In this document: piece after piece, positions 13,901 through 26,382 of the stretch
How the letters are laid out: each line of letters starts with the position of its first letter
How positions within the stretch are numbered: the first letter of the stretch is position 1
Source: Adineta vaga
Lineage: Eukaryota > Animalia > Rotifera
Assembly (NCBI GenBank): GCA_021613535.1
Contig: CP075497.1
Span: 7,998,001-8,062,000 of the forward strand
Length of the DNA stretch: 64,000 bases
Direction of reading: 5' to 3'
Made by a program: the position numbers and the translations under genes
The notes under the pieces: generated by a model
The model's database searches: none
What the model saw: only the letters and a program-made list of their open reading frames with translations
What the model was told of the DNA's origin: nothing

Positions 13901-16900
13901 ACAACTCTACAAAGGTTTGATTTATATTTTTCATTTGAATTATCATTGTTTTTTTCTTTGATTTAGATGTTTGTGAAGAAAAGAATTCTTTAGAAGATAA
14001 ACTACAAACAAAATTTGAATTTGAATTAAAAACTAAACTAGATGATTTATGTCGTATACTTGAAGAAGAATATCAAGATAAATTGACATCTTTTAAAAAT
14101 GATCCAAAGAATTATAATCAAGATTCACAACAACGATTAAAAGAATTAATGACAGAAATCGAACAAATGAAAGTTCAACATGAAAAACAAATCATTGAAT
14201 TAAATAATGAACTCGATCAATTGAAATCGAACGGTAAGTTTCAATTAGTTTCTATAAATATCTGATTGTAATATTTAGACGATGTCAAAACTCGTCTATT
14301 GTATACTGAAAAAGAATTTGAACAATTAAAACAAGATTATTACAATTTAAATATCAAACAAAAAGAATTATTAGATACATGTTCAAATCTTGAAAACGAA
14401 ATTCAATTAATTACTCAACTCAGAGAAGAAAATCGTCATTTGAAACAAACAATTGACAATGAAAACGTAAGAACGATCTCCAGTGATCAAAATGAACATC
14501 AATATAAAGAAGAAATAGAATGTTTACAAACGCGAATCAATGAATATGAAAATGAGATTACAAAATATGAAGGATATCGAATACAATTACAGGATAATCT
14601 TCAAAAATTATCTCAACAACGTGATACATATAAAATTGAATTAAATTTAACAAAAGAATCATTAATAGTTAAAGAAGAAGAATATAATCAATTGAAGCAT
14701 CATTCTGATGAATGTGAGAAAGTTTTACATAACAATCAAGAAAAACTTCAACAATATGAGTTAACTATTCAAGATTTACAAGTACAAATTAAACAGTATG
14801 AATTACAAAGACAAGAAACGAATAAAACACGTTTATCCATCATTCGGGTAAAACATTTTCTAAACCAATAGACAATAAATCTTTTCTTCTATAGGAAAAT
14901 GATTATGAATACAATGATAAAATATCTATTCTCGAAACTGAAAAACGTCAATTAGAACAACGTTTATACGAATCGAATCGTGCACTCGATCTTGCTGATT
15001 CTCATTTACAACAAGAAGTTGAAAAAATTAAACGAAGTCTTGAACAAGAATACAATCGTCAATATGAACTTGATCAAAAACAACATCAACATGAAATTCA
15101 ACAGTTACGACAAGAATTAACGAACGAAATTGAAAAACAACGACTAGTTACTACTTCAATTACTCCAACAAAGACAACAATTCAAGATATTGAAGAAATC
15201 AAAAGAATGTATCGAACAGAAAATGAACGATTATATCGTAAGATCAGAAAAAAGAAACTACTGAATAGTTTTTCTCCAATGATTTATTTTAGATGAAAAT
15301 ATTGAATTAAGTCAACATCAATCAAAATTAATTGAAGATCATCAAAAACAAATGCAAATTATGAAAAAAGAACTCGATGATGGTTATAATAATGTTATCA
15401 ATGAATTTCAACAAGAACAAACACGTCTTCAAACGCGCTATGATCAATTAAAACGACAACTAACTGATGCACAACAAACAATTGAACAATTAAAATCAAA
15501 TTTAAATTTATTAAAAACACGTCATTATGATGGAAAATCAATATTAAGAGAAAATTCTAGTCTTGAATATAGTGACAATAGTCTTAAAAGTCGATTAGAT
15601 AATCTTGTTAAATTACTTGAACAATCGAATGATGCGTAAGGATAATTATATTCTAAAATAACAATAGAAATCGTCTTTTTTGCTTTAATTAGATTAAATC
15701 AAGAACGAGCATTACATACAAAACAAGAATTTGAATATCAACAAACGATATCATCATTACAAAAGAAAATTGCAGATATGATTAAACAACATATCGAATC
15801 CGTTGATGAAATTAAACATGAACTTCATCAAGAACGTTTAAAAAATCAAGAACGTATTGTTATACCAAGGCCAACGAGTGTTCCTGAATTTGCTCATGTA
15901 TTTTAATTCATTCTGTTTGGGATTACTTTTTCACAAAAAAATCATCTTCTATTTATGTTTAGATGAATTTACCAACATATGAGAGAAAACCAGAACAATC
16001 AACAACAAATACAGACCGATTTCGAGGTAACATTCCTATATTAAAAAGAACATCACCATTTATACAACCGAGAGGAAGGTAGAGAAGTTAAACTCATGCT
16101 GCTCTCTTCAGATGCTCATTAAGATTTAGAATATGATTGCTTATGATAAATATTTTATATCAATTTTAGAACTTTTTACCCCTGAAATGATTGCTCTATT
16201 ACGATTTACGTGCAAAATGATTTTTGATCTTCATCAGCGAGGTATTTGTAATAAATTTGCTCGATAATTATTTGATATATACGAATTTTTGTAATGAATT
16301 TCTTTTTGTTGCTAAAGTTATTACGGCACAACCTATGGACAACCTCGAAGTCCAATTAAAAAAACAAATCCAAAATGAATTAATCCGAATTTGCAATTCA
16401 ATGATCAAAGAAATTCGTCGAGATCTTTTTGAAAAAATCACTCGAGTTTTGGCAAGTCAAGGAGTGTATGTTTTTCTCTCTGTTGTTTCATATTTTTTTA
16501 TTCTTTCAAAAAATTCTAGACAAGATACAACAATTGATATGTACATCTTCGAAATAGATCGTTTTCTTTCGCAATTAATACAAGATTGTTCCAATTCTTC
16601 TTCTTCTCCTCCTCCTCCAATAAATTCCACCAATTTATCCGTTCAAGTAGCTCCACCAAAAGTTCAAAATCGTACTGTAATCTACCATTCTTTGCCCAAT
16701 AAACCAAATCCACCAATAAGAAAATCAATTGAATGTCTTTATATGACTCCAACAATGAACAAACAATCTTCATTAGTGACATCCCATGGTCAAAAATTAC
16801 TCAATAATGATTGCCGACCGAAATCAGCATCAACTATATTGATCAATCATAATCGACATTCAATGTCTACAACAAGTTCATCTCCTTATATACCTCGTTT

Positions 16901-17279
16901 TCAACGAACACGACAAAAATATTTCAAACGAAGAACATATAGTAGTGATGATGATCTCATCTCAGATATACAACAAAAAGTAAATTTTAATGCTCAAATG
17001 GATACAAATTCTACTCAACAATCAAATATTCGAGTATTTACAAAACATTATGAACAAAAAACTAGTTCATTACCAGGTTATTCTCGTGTTAAAAGTCGAA
17101 CATCCAATGAATCTAATTTAACATTTCCATCAACCATCACTACACAGAAAAATAACGAAGAAGAACAAGAACCATCATCATCATCAATTCAATCAAATGG
17201 AATCAAGAAATTTGTATTAAATAGTTTAAAATTATTCGTCCCATCGTCTCCCCAACAACAGAAACGAATAGAAAAATAA
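10996..17279 (+). CDS. Large coiled-coil centriolar protein, CEP152/Asterless-like, multi-exon
   Basis: Acidic N-terminus (DFDSEDIVHEQTKQNE..DDDD) and LRLLCTVKDQKVNQLE..ETRTLKYQL resemble the CEP152 N-terminal region. Long Q/E/K heptad exons follow, then an S/P-rich tail. Confidence 0.6.
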
Positions 17280-17900
17280 CAACTCACTTGTACATTTGTA
17301 CTTGTCATTCACTGGATTTGATCATTGTTTTTCTTGTCCTTTCTATTTTCTTAATGATAGATTTCTTATTCATTGTTTTGCAACTTTCGGATATACAATG
17401 ATAGATTGATTTGTCTCATATTGTGTGTTTTCGTTTTATAACTCTATTTTTAACCGGTTCTTTTCTCCTTGATTTTATGTTTATTGTCATTTATAGGTTT
17501 GAATTTCCAAAGCTTCGTTCTCTTTTTTTTACTTGATTTAATCTATTGAAATTACTTCAAATGTCGATCGACAGAATATTTTCTTTGATCTCTCAAGTAA
17601 CGGATCGTATTTGCAAGTTGGTAAATAGCATGCGTAGGATTATATTCTTCGATAAGAATCAATACACGAATGAAAAGAAAAGAAAAAAATTTGATCAAAT
17701 CGTTCAATTATTAATATCACTAGTCATTGTTCATATGTCCGATCAAGAATAGTTATAATTACAACTGTCATTGAATCGTAAAGTTTAAAAATAAATGTAA
17801 AGAAAGTGTTCATGTAGAAAAAAGTATACTTTCTGACTTCTCTAAGAATATGAGACGTATTATCAATCTATTGGATTAATATTTCGCATAAAACACCAGA

Positions 17901-17974
17901 GGTCCCTTAGCTCAGCTGGTTAGAGCGCCGTGCTAATAACGCGGAGGTCATGAGTTCGATCCTCATAGGGACCA
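17901..17974 (+). tRNA. tRNA-Ile, anticodon AAT
   Basis: Acceptor stem GGTCCCT/AGGGACC, D-arm GCTC..GAGC, anticodon arm CCGTG-CT[AAT]AA-CGCGG, T-arm ATGAG-TTCGATC-CTCAT, and a T5 Pol III terminator at 17981-17985. Confidence 0.97.
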
Positions 17975-18375
17975 AATTACTTTTTAAAAAAAAAGAGAAT
18001 CTTTTCTACCGAAAGGAAGTGAAAAAAATGTCCAATGGAAAGTCAGGTAGATTTTAATATCTATTACCTGTATGAAATATTCATTTGATGGCTGATGAAG
18101 AAAAGAAAAACAAACTGTCGCATTTGTTTTATAAAGTAAAAAGATAAACAACACATAGAAAAAGAAAGCGAATACGTGAAGAGAAAAGAAATATAACCAG
18201 GTAAGTCGGTTGTGTATTTATCATTTATCTCGATCGATCCTGAGATTGTGAACGAAAAGTATGTTTTTGTGTTTATGAGTGACAACAAGAACAATAACAA
18301 CAATGAGGAAAAGAATTGGCCTACATAAACGATAAAATGAGAAGAAGAAGAAGAAGAAATGATCAGTATATGAGT

Positions 18376-19489
18376 TTATTTATCCTTTTTTTGATCGTCA
18401 ATCTTGATATTGCTTGGTTTTTTTAATAAATAATTTACGAAAAAGAATTGAAGAAATAAACCAAAATAAATAGCATACATAACAAATGACCAAAATATAT
18501 TCGAATAAGCGACTTCACATGTTGCACCATTTTCCTTATAAACAAACGCTTTATAATTAACAAAACAACCGACAACCATTTGTGATAATTGAAAAAAAGT
18601 TACTGTTACTTGAACCCATTTAGGTATACGATACTGCATAGCGCGCACTGCATAGTATGAATACATCATTGCTAAATAAACAATCAAACAAATCAAGGTT
18701 ATTCAATGATGAAGTTCATTTTCAATTAAATTTACCATGAACTGTATAATTCATGAATACAAACCATCTCCCGCTGGCTGTCCAATCATGATAACTATTC
18801 AAGAAAAAACAAATGAAATATATTAGTTTACAAAAAAGAAAGCATATAATCTTCAAAAGATTTGTTCGTACCTATACCAAGCATAGATTAATACAGTAGC
18901 ATGATGAAACCAATGAAGAAAAATTAATTTCTGTTTTCTTAAGACAATAAATAATGTATCAATTAATTCTGGAACTTTTGATATACAAAATATTGTTATC
19001 CTGCAATCGAACGAATATATTTCATTTAAAAATAAAACATTATCAAACATGAACATACCAATAACCAGTGATTCCATAAATATTACTTCGATCACAAATT
19101 GTATATTGTAAACCTTGTGTACTTAAACTATAAAGCATTTCCGGTAAACAACGTACCATACCAAATATACTAAATATAGCTAAACCTAAATTCCATAAAA
19201 TTAATGGAAAACGAAGTTGAAAACGTTCACGAGATTCCATTAATGATCGACCATAATAGATTAATATAACATAAATTATCGAATAAACAATACTTAACCA
19301 CCACCATTGATTCATCCATGCATAGATATTCTGAGCATAAGTTCTATCGAAAAATTTCAATTCAAATTCAAATACAAATGGATGATGTAAACCATTGGGA
19401 TCACGTATCCAAGGTGTTACACGTAATTGATTTAGATTGAAATATTCACGTAAAAACCGATTATTATATAAAGTTTGAACAGATGCCAT
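18376..19489 (-). CDS. Very-long-chain fatty acid elongase (ELOVL6/ELO-like)
   Basis: [30 protein letters not shown] (HxxHH box), MNYTVH.MMYSYY, Q.SQMVVG, and a C-terminal di-lysine ER motif KKDK. Confidence 0.93.
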
Positions 19490-20180
19490 TCAAAAAAAGA
19501 AGCAAGGAAAGTTATCTAGATAAAATAAATGAGCATTTTTTTTCACTTCGAGGACAACAATAAATTTTCATTCTCTAGAAAGACTCGTTTCTTCTCACTT
19601 CATTTAAAAATTTCATTCATGTGAAACGAACGACTCTCAACTAACAAACACATATATATATATGTATATATGTATATTTTCATCTCAGTATTGAGTTGCT
19701 TCGTGATAAAGAATGAGTAATGTCGTACATCGTCGTTCGAGACAATTATGTCTATAAGATTGACGGAGGCGTGTGCATACGCATGTCTGCCGATGTGAGA
19801 GGAGAACGAAAGAGAAAAAAAACGAGAGAGAGAGAAATGCTTTCAACTAATATGTCATTATATATACAATACAAAATCAATACACATATAACAACAGATT
19901 CCGTATTGATTTCAGACCTTACTTTTTTCTAGTTTACCTTGGTAACTTTAACAGAACGAAAGAGAGAGAGAGAGAAAAAAAAGAGAGAAAAGTATTTGTT
20001 ACTACTAATTTATTGAGTTCTTTTCAAACATTCACACATATGACAACATGTCAAAAAAAAGCAATGGACGGAAATATAACTATTTCATATTACCTATCAT
20101 TCGGTATTGAAGTGGAATTATACAGTAGAAACAAAGAGATAAAAAAACAGCTAAACATAAAATGATTATTTTATTCAGAT

Positions 20181-23100
20181 CTATTCCTGATTTTGTGTTT
20201 TAACTAATTGTTGAATAACTGGTCTATGACCATATGTTTGAATATACTGTTCAAGTTCTTGTTGAAGAAAAGCAATACGTTGTTGTAAATAAACAACTTG
20301 TTGTTTCAAGGAATGAATTGTATTTTCTAAATCAATTCGAACATCATTTGATAGAAGACCTTTTAAATTATTTTCATAAGTTAAACGACATTCAAGTAAT
20401 TCGTGTTTATGTTGTTCGTTTAAATATGATAATTTACGTTCGAGTTGTTCTTTCTTCAATGTTAACGTATTCACATTTTTCTCAAGATTTTTCATACAAG
20501 TATCAAATTGCTGAAAATAGAAATACGAGAAAGTAATTATTCGATTTCTAATTTATTCATTATACATACTGTTTTGACCTCGTTCTTTTCTCGAAAACAT
20601 TGTTCGTTCAAGGCATTTGATTGTTTTTCATAGAATGCTTTAGCTTTATTTTGTTCATCTTTAAATACTTGAATCATTTTCTGTTGATCATTGATGATCG
20701 ATTGTTGTTTTATATTTCGTTCTTCGAATTCATCTTTAGAAAAACAAAACTGAGCTAATCGAAATCTTTGTTGAGTATATCTACAAACCTTCGATCGATT
20801 TCAATTGTTCATGAGTTTTAGATATTAAAACTTCAATTCGTTTTTCATATTCTTCCGATTTTTGAACAGATTGTTTTTCAATCTTTCGAATAAATTGTTC
20901 ATATTCATTAATAATCTATGAAATCAAAAGTAAATGAATTAGAAAATTATCCATCGAGAACAAACCTTTTGTCTTTCATTTTCATGCGCAAGTTTTTTTT
21001 CAACAGTTAATTTATCGATTTGTTGAAGATCCGATTTTAATTTGTCTTCTTGTTTTTCAATTGAGTGTTCATATTTACGTTTGATTTCATCAATTTCTTT
21101 CTGATAATGTGTTCGTAATTTTTCTTCATTTCTAAAGACAATCCTAAGATTATGACTTGAAAATGAAGATAGCATAGAAATACGAACTGTTCTTTCGCTT
21201 GTTCGTATTCAAGTTTAAGTTTATCACAGACTTTGCTATGATCACGATTTAAATTTTCGATCAAATGTTGTTCATTCTGACGTGTCTTATCATTGATTTC
21301 TTGAATCTAAATCAAAAGATGAATTCAATAGAAATTTTCGTAGAAAAATTATCTCTCTCTCATTCACTGCTATCGTTTTCGTAAAAAGTGTCAAGCAAAC
21401 CTTGAAGTCGTATGTATTGTCATTCTCTTTGGTCTACTTTTTCAATGTTCATATTACATGAAGACATTCAATCTACAATTTGATCTTTACAAACTTACTT
21501 TTTCATGAAATTTTTTTTCTAATTCACTTTTGATTTGTGCAAAAGCTCGTTCACTTTTTTCAATTAAATCTCGTTGTTGTGAACAAGTTTCATTAAATTG
21601 TTTGATTTCATAAGTTTTCTGTTTGAATTCATTTTGTAATTGTTCATTATGTTGAATTGTTGATTGAAGTTTTTCATTCAATTGTTTTATATCTTGCTTG
21701 GCTAATTGTAATTTTTTATCATAATCATTTTCATATTGTTGAAGATTTGTTTGATATGTTGTTTGTTGTTCAGTAATTTTTCGTTCAAATAATTTTTGCA
21801 TATCATAGAATTTTTCTGTTATAGCTGATAATTGTTTTTCTAATTCATCGATTGTTTTACTTGCTTTAGTTTTTGTTAAATCATTTTCTTTACGTAATAA
21901 ATCAACACCTGATTCACAACGAAGACGAAGAGATTTTAATTCATTTTCATAACGTTGAACTTGATCAGCATGATCACGATCAGCATGACGAACTTTATTC
22001 ACTAATTCTTGGAGCTGAAATAAATGAATATGTCAAGATCGAAGCACTATCTTACATTACATAACATACAACTGTTCTTATGAAAGATAATAGGTAAAAA
22101 AGAAGAGAGTTCCTTATCATTTCAGTATAAAAAGAAAAAGTTCACTATTCTGATTCTATATTTTGATAAGATGAAATTTCATTCGACGTACATAAAAGTA
22201 CCTAACATCCTTAGTAAGTCATACAATCAATTTGTATTCATTTGAATCTGTAAGAAGAGAAAGTCGCTTACTTGTAATTGTATTTGATCATTCGTTTTAA
22301 CTAATGAATTATTTTCTTCTTCAAGTTTTTGCTTTGATTGTTGTAAACGTTCCATATTTGTACGTAAATCAACCATGCGTTTTTCCATTTCATTGATCGT
22401 TTCATCATGTGTTGATTGTTGAGATTTATAATCATTTTCCATCTTTTTTAAACGCTAAAAAGAGAACATATGAACAAAAGAGTTAGATTTTCTAATGAGA
22501 TCATACTTGATTTGTTTCATCTAGTAAATCTTGATGTGCACGAGCATTTTGTCGACGTATTTCTTGTTTTTCATTCTCATGAAATGATTTGACTTCATAG
22601 ATTTTTCGTTCCATTTCATTTTGTAAATCTTTCAAATGTTCTTGAATAGTCATCTAATGAAAATATGAAGTTTTTTATACGATAAAATAAAATCTCAAAT
22701 CGATTTGTTACTTGTTCAACCTTGATTTGTTGTTTTTGATGTTCAATTTCAAATTTTAAACGTTTATTTTCTTCGTTCATTTGTTCAAGAATCGTTTCTA
22801 ATTGTTTATTTCCATCTTCGAAAGCTTTCAATTTCGTTTCATAACGAATTTTTAATGCTTCTAATTCACTATGTTTGGATTCATTCATTCGTTGAACCGT
22901 TGTATCATATTCTTTTTGCCAAAGAAGACGATGTTCACGAAGACGTGTTTCAAATTGTCGTACAAATGAATCGATTTCATTTGTACTATTTCGCATTGTT
23001 GACGGCAAACGTCGCGATTGATTTGTTGGAGGTAAACCATAATCATTCGACTGTAATGATGAAGCTAAATTTTGTGCTGATAGAGATCGATAAGGTGGTT

Positions 23101-23293
23101 GCGACTGTTGTTGTTGTTGATACTGATTCGTTGTTGTTAAAGATGATGAAGCTGATAGAATTCTTTGAAGAGATTTTAAACTTGTTGGCTTATTATCATC
23201 ATCGAAACTAGCAGATCTTTGTAGATTTGGTGGTGGTTGTTCATCAAGAAGAAATAAACTTTCTTCTTGCTCAGCAATTGGAAATGAACTCAT
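20181..23293 (-). CDS. CEP112: Centrosomal coiled-coil protein CEP112 (CCDC46)-like, multi-exon
   Basis: C-terminal LTYENNLKGLLSNDVRIDLENTIHSLKQQVVYLQQRIAFLQQEL matches the remembered CEP112 C-terminus; the rest is continuous coiled coil. Confidence 0.75.
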
Positions 23294-24610
23294 TTGAACA
23301 AGAGACGAAGAAGAATAAAATGAACACTTATTGAACAATCGAATCAGAATGAAAACTTGTAGACAGACAGACAGATTGGCACTCACATGTAATGCAACCA
23401 CAACGACCAACGACCAACGGAGATTAAATAAACATATGGAGAAATATGCAAATGGAGAATTGCATCATAGATGGCGTTCAATTCTGTAAAACATTCTTTT
23501 TAACAGAGAATTCCATGTAATTTCAACTTCATCAATTAATTGACTATGCCCACTAATTAGATTTTGTTGAAATTCCTTGAAAAAATCGAATAATTTGCTG
23601 TAGGTGAGATAATCGATACAGCTTACATGTACTGTGAAAACAGCATCTTAACAAATGTGAATTAAATATTGACTTTTAACTTTTTCTGTTTGTTTTTATT
23701 AGAAGTGTCTCAAATGTATCAATGGAAACAATTTAAATAAGTTAAAGCCTATTATATCCGTTCGACAAACTACTATAGATTATTTTGACATTGAATGAAA
23801 ATCCAATTTTATCAGAGAAAGAGAGCGAGAACTGCTACAAGTCATATATTCGATGAAAAGAAAAGTTGTAGAGAAAGTGTGATTTCCGATTACATTTTCT
23901 TTCTTTTCTAAGTAATAGAATTAGTTAATAGATACAATAGTTATCATGAATCACACTTTCTACTTTGAGGTATTCCTAATTTTCTTATCGCGTGCGTTTC
24001 TTTATAAAGCAGAGAACTCTTTATCATCTTCGTTATAATCTCGAAAAATGTAAAAATATCGATAAACACCGCGTTTTATGCAAATAAGTTCTTTCACCGC
24101 GACAGTTATTCTTTCATATAAATCATTTGATATATTTTCTTATCTATCATTCATATGAAAATTACCTTATAACGATTATTATCATAAATTATAGAAGACG
24201 ATGAAAGTTTTTGGAACAATTAATTTTTTGCTGAAAAAAGAAGGAGATATCTGTTGATAAACAACAACACTTTATGTTTTTGAAAAACAAATGTGTATTA
24301 TTGTTGCTAGTTGAATCAAATTTGTTAAGTTTTCTCCTTTCTTTTCTTCATGCTGTTCACATCACAATGACAACATTGATGATGAGAAATACACATAGAT
24401 TTCAAGTATACAAAAACATCAACATACCATTTAATAAAATGCAACTGAATTCTCATTCTTTTTCTTTTTCTTCTCAGATTGAAATACAAAACAAAAATAT
24501 TTGCGAAAGTTTTCTTTTATTTTTTCAAATCATCAACTTTGTCGACTGACATTTTTGTGTAAGACAAAGAGAAATTTTGCATTTTTGTTTTTAGATAAAT
24601 CTACTGATTA

Positions 24611-26308
24611 ATGCCGGCAAGACCAACTTCAGGAAAGGCAGGTGGCAAAAAAGATAGTGCTGGAGGTAAAAAAGGCAAAAATAAAGGTGCTAAAGTCGGT
24701 GTTGTTGATCCTCATCAAGAACAAATCGATGGTTTAATACGTGAACGTGAGGAAATTCGTTCAAAATTAAATCTCGTCTGTACAAAAATCATGGAAAATG
24801 TCAATCTCGATGATTATAAAAATGATATTGATATAAGTAAACAACAACCATCGGATATCCCTATTGATATAATCTATTCAATGATTGATCAAATTTGTTA
24901 TTATCGTGTCGCATTTTTAAATCTCTTCCAAGAAACTGATGATAGTGAAAAGATATCTGTTCAGAAAAAAATCACTCAATTATCGCTTGATGATCCTGAT
25001 CTCTTTCGTAAACAATTAACAGCTTATCAGCGATTAACATTTGTCGCACGAGAACGAGATGTTTGGAAAGAAAATGCTTATTTATTACAAGACATGTATA
25101 AAACTATAGGTATGTTAATCAAATAATTTATAAAAAAAAAGAAAAACATTTATCAGGATTCTTATATCATAGAATAATCGAGAATTAATTGATTTCTATT
25201 TCTTGCAGTTGATCAAGTTGAAATGGAAACATTTCAAAAACCGAGCGTTAAAAGTGAAGAAATACTCAAGAGTTCTCGATTGAATTTAGAAGATATTTGT
25301 TTTATATTTTCTCTACCACGTATTCTATCAAGTAAGTATTCGTGTACAATCAAAAACGAAATCGAACTGTTTCGTTTATTAAGTTAATGATGCTCAAAAA
25401 CTACGTACGAAAAAACCATCAAATGACCTACATGATTCAAATACATCTGCCGATCATATCCAACAACAAGAGAATTCTGATGATCCATCATCAAAATCTC
25501 AATTATCCAATCAAAATGAACGTCGAAACCATTCGTCATCGGGTATAAAACGAAGTGTATCATTTGCTGATGATGTTCCTTTACCAAAAGAAAATGATCA
25601 ACTAGATTCTCAACAAAATATTGAACTACCGTCAAATGAACAAATCATCGAAGATAATCTTTCACCAACATCATTGGTAAATTCTTCTACTTTAATTCCT
25701 ATGAATCATCATCGAATTGACGAAAAATTTAATGATAGTGATTATCATTCATTATCTTCTTCATCATTTCATCCGCGCCATCACCAACAACTTGATACAT
25801 CATCACAATCAAAATATAATTTACCATCGAAATATCATCTTCCACCAGCAAGAGATGTTTTAGTGAAAAAAATGGATCCAAATTTACGTATGTTAATTAT
25901 TAAAGAACTTAGTAAAAGTGGTCATGTAGAAAGACCACTTTCACGAATGAGTATGTTTTTATAAAGGCATGTTATTTCATTTTATTTTATTTCGTGTTGC
26001 CTCTTATGTTAGGTTCAACTCGTGGTTTACATAATACACATAGCTTTAATTCTCGTCATCAACAAATCACACATAGTTCATCACCAGAATGGGTTGAATT
26101 AGCACGTTTGGTTGGAATTGATGAGCCCGAAATTGAACATTGGCTATCACAAAATCTTCAATACCCAGCGGGACGAGTTATATCATCCTGGTGCAACTGT
26201 GAATCGAATCAACCAACTGTTGCTGATTTACATTCTCTCGTTACTTCAAATGAATTAAATCGACATGATCTTGGACGCTATATTGAAACAATGTATATTA
26301 TTGAATAA
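24611..26308 (+). CDS. Uncharacterised protein with basic N-terminus, helical domain and C-terminal death domain (4 exons)
   Basis: Exons join by GT-AG introns. The last exon WVELARLVGIDEPEIEHW..PAGRVISSW..PTVADLHSLV..LNRHDLGRYI has a death-domain pattern. Confidence 0.7.
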
Positions 26309-26382
26309 CAAACATTTATAATAATATTAATAATAATAATAACAACAACAAAATTATTTATATTTTTCATGACTAAAGCTGT

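Noticed and set aside
21400-21471. Possible poison exon within a CEP112 intron
   Set aside because: It would need an upstream intron of about 26 nt, far below the intron sizes seen here.
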